From: Carcharhinus longimanus
Lineage: Eukaryota
DNA: 64,000 nucleotides
NCBI GenBank assembly: GCA_030264375.1
Contig: JASCQW010000109.1
Span: forward strand, 54,534,709 to 54,598,708
Reading direction: 5' to 3'
The stretch's first letter is position 1, and the number at the start of each line of letters is the position of its first letter. Below the pieces are notes generated by a model, which ran no database searches, was not told the DNA's origin, and saw only the letters and a list, made by a program, of their open reading frames with translations. The position numbers were made by a program, and so were the translations under genes. Below, piece by piece: positions 52,333-64,000 of this stretch.

Positions 52333-52861
52333 ATTTTATGATAGGCAGCCAAGGAATAATAGGATGAGGAAAAGAGGAGGAAAAGAGGAATAGGAAAAAG
52401 AGGAAAGGAAAAACCAACCCAGATATTCCCTTTCCCTTTGCTGCCTGTGGAGACCTCACTTGATTGTAACATTTGTAACTGCAACCCAAATTCTCCATCC
52501 GCTAACCGCCTCACATTTGATATTCCTCTGTCACTGAACATCACATTGTCCATTTGGTCACAATGCAAAACCAAAAGCAAGCACAAAATAACTAATACAA
52601 AACAAATGTATAAATGAAGCCTGCAATTATTAATAAGACAATTGACCAGGATGATCCACTGCTCCCGTTATAATACAGTGGGCATGAGCAGACAGACAGG
52701 AATGGTCAGGCTGTTTAAACACAAGCATTTAAAAGGAGGGAAGGAAAGGGGTCTACAAACTTTGGAGGGTTCCCTGTGTGCAATGGGGGCACTGCCCTCA
52801 CAAATTTTATACCCAGTTTGTTACCTGCTGCTTGGCCTCCAAAACCAACCACCCCCTCAAT

Positions 52862-54510
52862 CTTTTTATATTCATTTGCAGGATGTGGGCGCTACTCATG
52901 AGGCAGCATTTATTGCCCATCCCCAGTTGCCCTTGAGAAGGGGTGATGATGCTGAGCTGCCTTCTTGAACCGCTGCAGTCCCTGAGGTATAGATACACCC
53001 ACATGCTGTTAGGGTGGGAATTCCAGGACTTTGACCCAGTGACAGTGAAGGAACAGTGATATATTTCCAAGACAGGATGATGAGTGATTTGGAGGGGAAC
53101 CTCCAGGTGGTGATGTTCGCCAAGTACCTTCTATCCTTGTTCTTCTAGATGGTAGTGTCATGGATTTGGAGGTGTTGTCTAAGAAGCCTTGGTAGGTTCC
53201 TACAGTGTATCTTGTAAATGGAATACACTGCTGCCACTGTTTGCTGGTAGTGGAGAGATTGAATGTTTGTGAAAAGGATAGTAATCAAATGGACTGCTTT
53301 ATCCTAGATGGTATCGAGCTTTTTGAGTGTAAAGTTTAGAAAATTATTTATTTGTGTCATAAGCAGGCTTACATTAACACTGCAATGTAGTTATTGTGAA
53401 AATTCCCTTGCTGTCACACTCTGGCACCTGTTCAGGTACGTTGAGGGAGAATTTAGCATGGTCAATGCATCTAACCAGATGTCTTTTTGGACTGTGGGAG
53501 GAAACTGGAGCACCTGGAAGAAGCCCACACAGAGACAGGGAGAATGTGCAAACTCCACAAAGACAGTGACCGAAACTGGGAATCGAACCTGGGTTCCTGC
53601 CACCATGAGGCAGCAGCGCTAACCACTGTGCCACCGTGCTGCCCCAAATGTTATTGGAGCTGCGCTCATCCAGGAGTATTCCATCACACTCTTGACGTGC
53701 TTTGTAGATAGTGGACAGGCTTTGGAGGAGAGTCAGGTGGAGAGTTACTCGCCACAGGATTCCTAGCTTTTGACCTGCTCTGGTAGCCACAGTATTTATA
53801 TGGCTAGTCCAGTCTAGTTTCTGGTCAATGGTAACCCCAAGGATGTTGATGGTAGCGTTTCCAGCAATGTTAACGGTACTGAATGTAAAATGGCAATGGT
53901 TAGATCCTTTATTGTTGGAGATGGTCATTGCCTGGCACTTGTGTAGCCTGAACGTTGCTTGCCATTTGTCAGCCCAAGCCTGGATATTGTCCAGGTCTTG
54001 CTGCATTTGAACATGAACTGCTTCAGCATATGGAGAGTTGCAAATGGTGCTGGACATTATGCAGCCATCAGCAAACATTCCCACTTTTGGTCTTATGAAA
54101 GAAGCAGTTGAAGATGGTTGGGCCTAGGACACTATCTTGAGGAGCTTCTGCAATGATGCCCTGAAGCTAAGATTGGCCTCCAACCATCGCAACCATCTTC
54201 TTTTGTGCCAGGTATGACTTCAACCAATAGAGGGTTTTCCCCTCGATCCTCATTGACTCCAGTTTTTCAATGGCTCCTTGATGCCATATTTGGTCAAATG
54301 CTGCCTTGATGTCAAGGGCAGTCACTCTCACCCCCACACCAAAGGAGTTCTGCCCTTTTGCCCATGTTTGAACCAAGGCTGTAATGAGCTGAGTGGCCAT
54401 GGCAGAACCCAAACTGAGCATCTGTGAGAAGTTTATTGCTGAGTAAATGTTGCTTGATAACGCNNNNNNNNNNCTGCTGATGATCCCATCCATCACTGCC
54501 TGATCCCTAC
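52862..54510 (-). mobile_element. CR1-group LINE RT/3' fragment, interrupted by a SINE
   Basis: ORFs ALDIKAAFDQIWH and MFADGC...MQQDLDNIQAWADKWQ...ILGVTIDQKLDWTSHI. Confidence 0.88.
53331..53644 (-). mobile_element. HE1-like SINE, alternative tail, inserted in LINE
   Basis: Complete copy. Confidence 0.88.
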
Positions 54511-54542
54511 CTGCCAAAGATGGCCCAACATATCTCATTGAA

Positions 54543-54843
54543 TCATAGAATCCCTACAGTGCAGAAGGAAGCCATTTGGCCCATCGAGTCTGCAAGGATC
54601 ACAACCCACCCTGGCCCGAATCCCATAGCCCCAAATATTTACCCTGCGAATCTCCTTGACACCCGGGTCAATTTTAGCATGGCCAATCAACCTAACCCAC
54701 ACACTGGACCGTGGAACACCTGGAGGAAACCCAGGCAGACATGGAGAGAATGTGCAGACTTCACACAGATAGTGGCCCGAGGCCAGAATTGAACCCGAGT
54801 CCCTGGCGCTGTGAGGCAGCAGTGCTAACCACTGTGCCACCAT
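54543..54843 (-). mobile_element. HE1-like SINE, CR1-type tail
   Basis: TCATAGAATCCCTACAGTGCAG...GTGCTAACCACTGTGCCAC. Confidence 0.88.
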
Positions 54844-56462
54844 GACATCCATCTTCTTTTCTTCTGGCCTACTTGCAATTCTGGCAGTGTTCACTCCTTG
54901 AGCTCTGGTGTTGCTGGGACTTTTGGAGCTGCTGGTCAATTGGATTGATTGGCAGCCCTTGAGGGCAGAATTTCCTCCCACTGAGGTGTGGAAGTCGCAC
55001 TTTCAGCTTGTTTCGCCTGTCTGTGGTGTGTTATGGCTGCAGGGTGCGCTTCTTTTGNNNNNNNNNNNNNNNNNNNNNNNNNNNNNNNNNNNNNNNNNNN
55101 NNNNNNNNNNNNNNNNNNNNNNNNNNNNNNNNNNNNNNNNNNNNNNNNNNNNNNNNNATGGCTGCAGGGTGCGCTTCTTTTGGGTGTGTCGGACATTCTG
55201 CCTCACCCCAACCACATCGGCCTATCTGCACACACACACACCTACAAAATCCAGCCTGTACGTGCAAAACCTCTGTCAGTTAAAAACAACCGTTCTACCA
55301 ATTAAAATAATTGTTTACCAAAGATTGTAAATCTTTTGAAAAAACAAGTCATCCATTCGTTCAATAATAACGGTGCACGAAATGAGGTTATATTTTTTGC
55401 TCACACAGTTTTACATATGATTTGGATAGGCACATGCTAGAGTCAGCACTATGGAAACCAGCTGGTGCTAAAAATAGCTAGCACACTGCTGTCGACCACT
55501 TCCAGTGTGTGGAGCACCATGCTGGTAAAGGCGCAAGTGTAGGCATGTTGTGCATATCCTGAAAACGTATTGTGTCATCTCTCTGTCTGATTTGACTCAA
55601 ATTCTATCAATTGGACCACATAATTCCAGTTAGTTTTGTGCCCTAAATTGTGCCCACTTGACTGTCCATCCTGCTGCACCAGGGATCCACCCCGCCCTCC
55701 ACCAGCTCACTATTTTGGAGACCTTTTACCCAATTAGCAGATGAGGTGCTTTTGGTTTATTTGAAACAGGTTTGTGACTTGTTGGATCCTGAAGGGTGTT
55801 TGGAGATGTTTTCTGATTTGCATACTAAAAGCCTGCCATGATTACTGGGGCTATAGTTGCTGTTCCGCTTACTCTGCAACATGGTGGGGACAAGAAGCAC
55901 AGACTGCAGACAGGGAAAGCTGTGCGCAGCGGGAAAAGGAGGAGAGATCTCCGCAGAAAGCCCAAGTTTTTCAGAACTCACTTCATCTACCTTCACTTCA
56001 GTGAAGAATAATGTCTGAGACGGCTTAAATCCAACAAGGAGATGGTCACTCAACCCTGCCACTTCCTTGGGACCTACAGCACAACAAGGTGAGAGTGGAA
56101 CCTGATGTCTCTTGGCTGGTATAAATGGCATTGCCAATTCTTTTCAGTTCACTCCACGAGGGAGGTGACAGAGATCTTTTATGCCAGGCAAAGGAACTCT
56201 AGCATCTTACCTATTGCCAATCAGAAGCAGAAAAGTAAGCATGTGTCTTTTTGGGGATATTGTTCAGGCAGCTGTGAATGTGGCTCCATGGTTCCCAAAA
56301 TGTAGAATAGCAAGAGGTACAACTCCATCAATGTACAGTTGGTGTGTAACGCGACTCAGCACTTCGAATACCCACTATCCTGACCGCTGTTGTGAGACTT
56401 TCTTCTTGAGGCAGTTTTTGAGTCACCACAATGAACCAAAATGATGGCTTAGAACACTATGG

Positions 56463-57537
56463 TGTAAAGGGTTAATGCGATTGTGTAAATGAGACAATTC
56501 ACTTCATCTTGGGGAAGTGATATAAGACCATATGACTATCATGCTTGGGTTCTCTCTTTACAGCTTTGGGGCAAGATTGAAGTCTCATTTCAGATGTAGG
56601 AATTTGTTATGTTTNNNNNNNNNNTGAAGTTGATGTTAAACCTGTTAGAAGATTTTGAAAATATTATTTTTCAACTTTCAACTGACTGTAAATTTTTGTA
56701 TTTGAATTGAGACAGGGCAAACTGCGTAAAAACACAAGGCCACGTTCCAAGGTGAATGTGAGAAATCAACAAATTGCACTCAGGGGAATGTGAAGAGAGA
56801 GACATTTCCTATAATCCAGATACCCATTGACATCTGAGGAAGAAATATTAAAAATGTAAACTCCTGGATATTGAAACAATGGCTGCTGTACCCATACCTA
56901 CTCAAGACGTCTTGGAAATACACAATAGGTGAAGTATTTCAAGGCAAGGCTACCAGCCACAGGAGAGAGATTGCAAGGGACACAGATTTTGTCCCTTGTT
57001 CAGTAGATGAAACAAGCTGAGAGCTCCTCACTCTTCATCTCCCTCTTTTAGAGCAAGAGTGTTGAGGACTACCAAGCTCTCCCACTAGCCGACCAGTGAA
57101 CTGAGATCTCGTAATAATTACAACATCTACATCTGACTGCATCCAAGAAACCAGATAACCTAAATTGATCATTTCAAATCTATGCTTCAAGGGCAATCAA
57201 AGGACACCTAACTGTACTTTCTTTATTTTTTATTGCAATCTAATTCCCCTTATTGTGCGTGTTTATGCCCTAATAACTGCATGAGGGCCGAATGCTAAAT
57301 TCACATTTTTATTATTTTTCTCAGGTTTAATGGGCAATAAATCCTCTCTTTCTTTGATTCAATAAAACTTCGTTTGATTGTCTCCTTATTGCTCACATCT
57401 TAAATAGTAAAATACATTCTGATTGGGAAAAAGCAGATCCTCATAAAAAGGGAGAAGAAACTTAATCCTTTGTTGTGGCCACCTGAGGAGGTTAAATAGA
57501 GGGGAACCAACTCACCCCTTCTCACCTGATCATAACA
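56463..57537 (+). mobile_element. putative solo LTR
   Basis: TGTAAAGGGTTAA start and CATAACA end; AATAAA twice near 57336-57366. Confidence 0.45.
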
Positions 57538-57739
57538 AGCCCCAAGTCTGAAGATTGACAACATATCAAACACAAGAACCTTAGGTGCTGGTAGCAGATA
57601 AATGGACAGCAGGAAAATTAATAGCCAGTTATCGAATAGTACAAGGATGAGCAACAGATTAAAGAATAAAGAACGTAATGGAGAAGTCATTGCTATTTCC
57701 AGATTGCTTAAAGCAAGCTCCTGGTCAAAACCAAGCTGA

Positions 57740-58110
57740 AGCATGGTTGAACTGGCGCAGAAGATTTGCAAGGTACCACTCTGTGGCGGGACTTGTTACA
57801 AAGCCAACAGGAGCAGGTCAGTACATTTCTGCACACAATGGGTGGTTGTGCAGATGATATCCTCATCGGACAAGGGATCGACAATGAAACATCTGCATCT
57901 GATAAAGTAATAAAAGCATTTGATGCCCACTTCAGTCTCAAAGAAAATACCATTGTTGAGTGGGCAAAGTTGAATAAGTGCACCCAACGATCAGGGAAAA
58001 TGTTGATTCATTTATTAATGATCTATACCAATTGGCAGAAAATTGTAAGCATTGCAACTTAAAGGAAGAATTGATTGAATTGTTTTTGGAGTTTTAGATG
58101 AAAAGCTGGC
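57740..58110 (+). pseudogene. Ty3/Gypsy gag-like remnant
   Basis: EQVSTFLHTMGGCADDIL...KAFDAHFSLKENTIVEWAKLNKCTQ, then frameshifted ENVDSFINDLYQLAENC...LKEELI. Confidence 0.7.
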
Positions 58111-58857
58111 TTTGAGCATGGCACCACAGATACTGGGAGTCCTGCCAATGGTGGCTCCAGCTGTTTCTGGTGTGGCCTGCATAGTTCCCCATTCTGGGAA
58201 GTTTGCTCATGCCAGAATCTCTCTAGTTGGCGCTATCATGACATCAAACAACTCTATCTACCGAACTGATGCTCCATCTACATATTTGGACTGCACAGGT
58301 CCAGTTAAAGATTTTGTTTGCCAGTCATCTGTTCAGTTGCCAGAGGGGGCCAACAGTATAATATAAGATAAGAACATAACATAAGAAATAGGAGCAGGAG
58401 TAGGCCATCTAGCCCTTCGAGCCTGCCCCGCCATTCAATAAGATNNNNNNNNNNNNNNNNNNNNNNNNNNNNNNNNNNNNNNNNNNNNNNNNNNNNNNNN
58501 NNNNNNNNNNNNNNNNNNNNNNNNNNNNNNNNNNNNNNNNNNNNNNNNNNNNNNNNNNNNNNNNNNNNNNNNNNNNNNNNNNNNNNNNNNNNNNNNNNNN
58601 NNNNNNNNNNNNNNNNNNNNNNNNNNNNNNNNNNNNNNNNNNNNNNNNNNNNNNNNNNNNNNNNNNNNNNNNNNNNNNNNNNNNNNNNNNNNNNNNNNNN
58701 NNNNNNNNNNNNNNNNNNNNNNNNNNNNNNNNNNNNNNNNNNNNNNNNNNNNNNNNNNNNNNNNNNNNNNNNNNNNNNNNNNNNNNNNNNNNNNNNNNNN
58801 NNNNNNNNNNNNNNNNNNNNNNNNNNNNNNNNNNNNNNNNNNNNNNNNNNNNNNNNA

Positions 58858-59447
58858 AATTGGCAAGTCATGTTGCAGCTTTATAGAACCTTAGTTAGGC
58901 TGCACTTGGAATATAGTGTTCAATTCTGGTCGCTAGACTACCAGAAGGATGTGGAGACTTTGGAGAGGGTACAGAAAAGATTTACCAGGATGTTGCTTGG
59001 TACGGGGGACATTAGCTATGAGGAGAGGTTGGAGAAACTTGGTTTGTTCTCACTGGAGCGATGGAGGTTGGGGGAGACCTGATAGAAGTCTACAAGATTA
59101 TGGGAGGCACGGACAGAGTGGATAGTCAGAAGCTTTTCCCAGGATGGAAGAGTCAATTACTAGGGGACATAGGTTTAAAGTGCAAGGGGCAAGGTTTAAA
59201 GGAGATGTACGAGGCAGATTTTTTACAGAGAGTAGTGGGTGCCTGGAACTCGTTGCTGGGGGAGGTAGTGGAAGCAGATAAGGTAGTGACTTTTAAGGGC
59301 ATCTTGACAAGTACATGAATAGGATGGGAATAGAGGGATATGGTCCCTGGAAAGGTAAGGGTTTTTAGTTAAGTTAGGCAGCTTGGTTGGTGCTTAGAGG
59401 GCTGAAGAGCCTGTCCCTGTGCTGTAGTTTTCTTTGTTCTTTGTTCT
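58858..59447 (+). mobile_element. CR1 LINE 3' fragment
   Basis: LYRTLVRLHLEYSVQFWS...LERVQKRFTRM; (TTCTTTG)n tail. Confidence 0.9.
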
Positions 59448-59969
59448 TTGAGAGGGCGAAGGCTGTAGAGAGGACAAGCTCAGCACAGTAGCAGGTTGGA
59501 GCCGGACTTCTCCATGTTCCTTGACAGTGGCAGGAGCCTGTCTGGCAGGCCAGCAATTGTACCCAGCATGTCAGTGCACAGTCTCATCAGTGTTCTCCTG
59601 CATGTTGGCCCATCAAAGTCCTCATCTGAATCTCCTGTAGCTGAGCAATGCTCAACAGATCTCAGGAGATGCCGGCATCTGCTCCCTTGTCTTACGGGCC
59701 AGATTGCCTTGTAAGGGAGAGGGAAGAATATTAGTGATTGTGTTGCCTTATTTTGGTTGATGTGCTTGTCACAGCTGATTAGCTGCAGTGGTGTGAAAGC
59801 AGCGGGAGCCGGATGTGAGTCTGGCCTCATCGCAATGAGTGAAGATGAAATGGATGATAGCCCTGTGCCCTGAGTGCTATCGACTGCTGATGGGTGGGTG
59901 ACGGGAGTGTGGCACATTGAGCAATATCTGGTGAAATGATGGACAGGAGATAACACGGAAGATGCATTC

Positions 59970-60170
59970 AACGACCTTGACCATCCATGTGAGGTCATCA
60001 GATTTCTTGAGGCACTGCTGACCAGATCTTGCGCTAATATCCATGGGTATCTACACCCATTCTCTTTGGAGAGTTATCCTTGAGGGCTGCCTGGATCTGA
60101 CCCCCTGAGCAATCATGGCCTGTTTCCTCCTGTCAATCTCCTCCACTAAAGCTCCCAGCACTACATTTTG
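59970..60170 (-). pseudogene. Harbinger Myb/SANT-like DNA-binding ORF remnant
   Basis: VLGALVEEIDRRKQAMIAQGVRSRQPSRITLQREWV*IPMDISARSGQQCLKKSDDLTWMVKV fits the Myb/SANT-like pattern L..LVEE...W..I...QC.KK..DL. Confidence 0.7.
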
Positions 60171-60789
60171 AATCTCTGTCTTTCTCTGATCTGGTGTTTC
60201 AGGTTCTCCGTTGAGAACTGCAGCTAAATCATTATGGGCTGCAGTAAAACTTCACTTTAAGAGGGACAGGCACCTCCAAGAAGAGCAGGCCCTTGGCGCC
60301 ATGAGTTCTCTGCAAACACTGCCCCCTGCTGAGAGCTAATATAGCTGGTGGCACCGGCTCTGCTTGGACCAAACCTACAAGGAGGCAGTGCCAAGTTTAC
60401 ATAATGCTGCCTACCCCCAAAGACATGCAGGCTAGGTGGCATGAACATGTTAATTTGCTCCTTACTGTCAGGGAATTAGCAGCGAAAAATAAATGGATTT
60501 GACAAAGGGTCATCTGGACTTGAAACATCAGCTCTTTTCTCTCCTTAAAGGTGCTGCCAGACCTGCTGAGATTTTCCAGCATTTTCCTTTTTGGGTTCAG
60601 GTTCCAGCATCCGCAGTAATTTGCTTAAATACATGGGATAATGGGGAAAGGGCCTTGGTGGGATTGTTGGCAGTGCTGACTCGATGCACNNNNNNNNNNN
60701 NNNNNNNNNNNNNNNNNNNNNNNNNNNNNNNNNNNNNNNNNNNNNNNNNNNNNNNNNNNNNNNNNNNNNNNNNNNNNNNNNNNNNNNNN

Positions 60790-61026
60790 TCAAATCCATT
60801 TATTTTTCGCTGCTAATTCCCTGACAGTAAGGAGCAAATTAACATGTTCATGCCACCTAGCCTGCACATCTTTGGAGTGTGGGAGGACACAGAAGCGCTC
60901 AGAGAAACCAGTGCAGACACAGGGAGAATGTCCAAATTCCACACAAACAGTCATCCAAGGCTGGGGTTGAAGCCAGGTCTCTGGCAGTGTTTGGCAGTGC
61001 TAGTCACTGTGCCACTGTGCCACCCA
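60790..61026 (-). mobile_element. HE1-like SINE 5' part
   Basis: Head GTGCTAGTCACTGTGCCAC; truncated at the gap. Confidence 0.8.
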
Positions 61027-62552
61027 TAATGCTGAACCCCATGATTGAAAAATGGTGCAGTCAAATTTGCAGCCCAACATGTTTATAATAAGAAGTTCTT
61101 TTAGATTTTTTCTTCCTTCTTAAATCATGATATTCAGGCCATTCAGGATGGCTAGGATATGTGACCAACAAGTGAAAAACCAGGTGAATGTGTGGATAAG
61201 GAAGAGTAATAAGTTTGTGCCCCATTCTCTCCATTAGCTCCTCACTGTCCTTAGCCACGTTTTCCTCATAACCAGTAATTGGAAACAGGCTTGTAAGCTT
61301 TTAGGGGCAAGGGATGATGACATGGATCTTGCAAGGAGGAAGGGCATGGTAATGGAAAAATAAAAGATCAACTGTAAAACAAATCTTAAGTTTGACAAGG
61401 TCATTTTAAGCCCCACTCCCTAAGTATGAAATGAAATGTGCTTGCACTCATTTGTGAATCATTGAAACTGTAAAAAATTTATGTAAGGTTAGGTAAAGAA
61501 CTGAGTCCTTTTAATTATGCGCAGCGTATTGTTATGTGCTTCAGTGATCGTAATTGCAACTGTGACCCATTTTGTTTGGTGATCGAACTGCCCCTTTTAA
61601 CAAAGGCACTTCCGATGATTTACTCTTGTGTTTGTTGGTAAGGCGCAACAGAGCATGTCATGCTGTGCTCACAACCTTTATCTAGTTCTACAAACAAGGG
61701 AAAGAGGTTGCTATAGTGATTAAGGGCCTGGAAATTAATTTTTGACTGTGAAATCATATCCAACACTTCTCAGTTTCCAGCGTTATTAAAAATTCACGTG
61801 TTAACTCACTACNNNNNNNTGAAACATTTGGCTTGTGCAAGGGCACGCTGATTTCTAATTTTTGACGCTGGGTCAAATTTTAAAAGGAGTGTGTGGCTGA
61901 CTGGAATGCGCCCTTCTCATCGATGGGATTCAGTTCCAGTCCAAAGTGCAGCCCACAGTTACTGCTGCGATGAAGGTCTAAAGTAAAGTGAAATTGTAGA
62001 CAGCTGCTGTGAGAAAATATAAGGCTGTAGGCTAATGTTGCAGTGAAGATATATTGTAGTGGCACTGTTCACCCAGCCTTGTTCTGCATTTAATTCTTTT
62101 TGTAGTTGATCTGAATTGCCTGATTCTGACACTGGTTGGTAAACACAGAAGCATTTTTCATTTCTAGTGATAGTGATATCCATTGTCTGGAACAACACAG
62201 TGATCAAAGGCAAAAGTGATACAGAACACCAAGCATGGATTGGGATTACGGAATTGCATTTTGATTGTTTTAGCCATTGTGCGACATTTCTTCCCAAAAC
62301 TATTTGCTGCTAAATTTGTCTGCAGCGACATTACCAAGCCAGCAGTAGGAGTCCTTGAAATTAAAATCGCTGCTCAAACCCAACAGACGTTGTGTACCTT
62401 ATGATCGCACACATTGCCTCAGGTCCAATTTTAACTCTGCATAAATGGATGGATTCTGAAGGAATTACATTCAAATCGTTGTTTATGAAACACTGATAAT
62501 AATAATATGCCACCTTTGACATAGGAAAACCAAGGCACATTACAGAAACTGG

Positions 62553-62881
62553 ATGGCATGACGGCATAGTGATTAATACTACAGCTTCACAGCACCAGGG
62601 ACCTGGATTCAATGCCGGCCTTGGGTGACTGTCTGTGTGGAGTTTGCAAATTCTCTGTATGGGTTCCCTCTGGGTGCTCAGGTTTCTTCCTACAGTTCAA
62701 AGTTAGGCAGAGATGCCAACTAAATTGCCCCTTAGTGTCCCAAGATGTGTAGGTTAGAATTATTAGTCGTGATAAATGTATGGGGTTACAGGGATAGGGC
62801 AGGGTTCAGATACTTTGTCAGTGGATCAGTGCAGACTTGATGGGCCAAATGACCTCCTTCTGCACTGTAGGGATTCTATGA
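62553..62881 (+). mobile_element. HE1-like SINE, CR1-type tail
   Basis: Ends CACTGTAGGGATTCTATGA. Confidence 0.85.
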
Positions 62882-63034
62882 ATTCACTTACATACATCTG
62901 ATCATTTTCAAATGTGGGAGGGGTAGGTTGAGCAGACTTTCATTCTAATTTTGAAGAAGTGACAGGTGTGGCAATTCTAATCCCCAGAGGCACTTTATAG
63001 GTTAACTGGTTCATTCTCGGTTGTTGCTGACCTT

Positions 63035-63430
63035 TTTTTTGGAGCATAGGAGGCTTAGCAGTGATCTTATAGAGGTCTGTAAAATAATGAGGGGCATAGA
63101 TCAGCTAGATAGTCAATATCTTTACCCAAAGGTGGGGGAGTCTATAACTAGAGGGCATAGGTTTAAGGTGAGAGGGAAGAGACACAAAAGAGTCCAGAGG
63201 GGTAATTTTTTCACACAGCGGGTAGTGAGTGTCTGGAACAAGCTGCCAGATGTAGTGGTAGAGGTGGGTGCAATTTTAACTTTTAAAAAGTGTAAAGACA
63301 GTTACATGTGTAAGATTGGTATAGAAGGGTATGGGCGAATGTGGACAATTGGGACTTAGGTGTTAAAAAGGTGGCATGAACAAGTTGAGCTGAAGGGCCT
63401 GTTTCAATGCTGTAAACCTCTGACTCTACT
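63035..63430 (+). mobile_element. CR1 LINE 3' fragment
   Basis: LEHRRLSSDLIEVCKIMRG...TRGHRFKV...NFFTQRVVSVWNKLP. Confidence 0.88.
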
Positions 63431-64000
63431 TTTTGGATACACATTGTTTGGTGGAGTCAGGTGTTTTCTATCCCCATTAGCAAGCCATGCACCCTTTCCT
63501 CTCCTGTTTACCATACTTACTCATGTATTGCCTATTTTCTCCTTGGTAAGAGGCTGCTCCCATTTATTGATTCTTTGCATACATTCTGATCATGTGCCTT
63601 TCGTTTCCACGATATGATTCCATGGCCAATCTGTTTCTCATCCACCATGTCGACTTGATTATTGTCTTCTGGTGGACCTCGATTCTGTTAAATTAATTTC
63701 CTCACAGATAGATACTTCTGTAGAATTTGATACTTCTTCAGATATTGCCTTTGCTACTGTTTGGGAGAGTATGAGGGATTACATATGGGGATATATAATT
63801 TCATATACTGCTCAATTCAACAACTCAATACCACAGAATTGATTGATTAAGCTCTCTTTGTGGACCAGCAATATGCTATTGCACTTACGCTAGTATTGTA
63901 CAAACAGTGTCTGGCTTTACTGACTAAATTTGATCTTTTCTCTACAAAATAAACAGAAAAGCCTTGGATCATGATGTACATTCTGTGAGCACAGTGAAAG

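Noticed and set aside
53374-54084. Longest ORF (236 aa) as a gene
   Set aside because: Chimera of a LINE RT fragment reading into an inserted SINE.
55033-55181. 24-bp direct repeat (ATGGCTGCAGGGTGCGCTTCTTTT) on both sides of a gap
   Set aside because: Most likely overlapping contig ends or a collapsed repeat; cannot be evaluated.
56463-58110. LTR plus gag as an intact retrotransposon 5' end
   Set aside because: No primer-binding site after CATAACA, gag is frameshifted and pol is absent.
58305-58871. Long ORFs of 188 and 143 aa
   Set aside because: Artefacts of translating through an N gap.

Overview
Eukaryotic, repeat-dense vertebrate DNA; the SINE/LINE repertoire (HE1-like V-SINEs, CR1, Penelope, Rex1/Babar, Harbinger) points to a shark or ray (inference). 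It is a draft assembly with several N gaps. Only two host-gene signals are supported. (1) A complete 4-exon ZCCHC10 gene on the minus strand (CDS 9147-9107, 5480-5319, 3178-3140, 2334-2079; 165 aa), with a CpG-rich 5' end and a ~1 kb minisatellite directly upstream. (2) One intact 195-nt exon of an SLC1A3/EAAT1-like glutamate transporter at 24378-24572 (-), whose neighbouring exons I could not find in the window. The rest is mostly decayed transposons. Most notable: the isolated EAAT exon, degenerate hammerhead-ribozyme motifs in Penelope terminal repeats, one SINE body carrying two alternative 3' tails, three-level SINE nesting, a possible split two-gene Harbinger fossil with a related MITE family, and a perfect inverted duplication across a gap. 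No CRISPR or prokaryotic system is present, and most ORFs in the track are spurious. Repeat-family names come from recall of consensus motifs, not from a database search; repeat boundaries are approximate.
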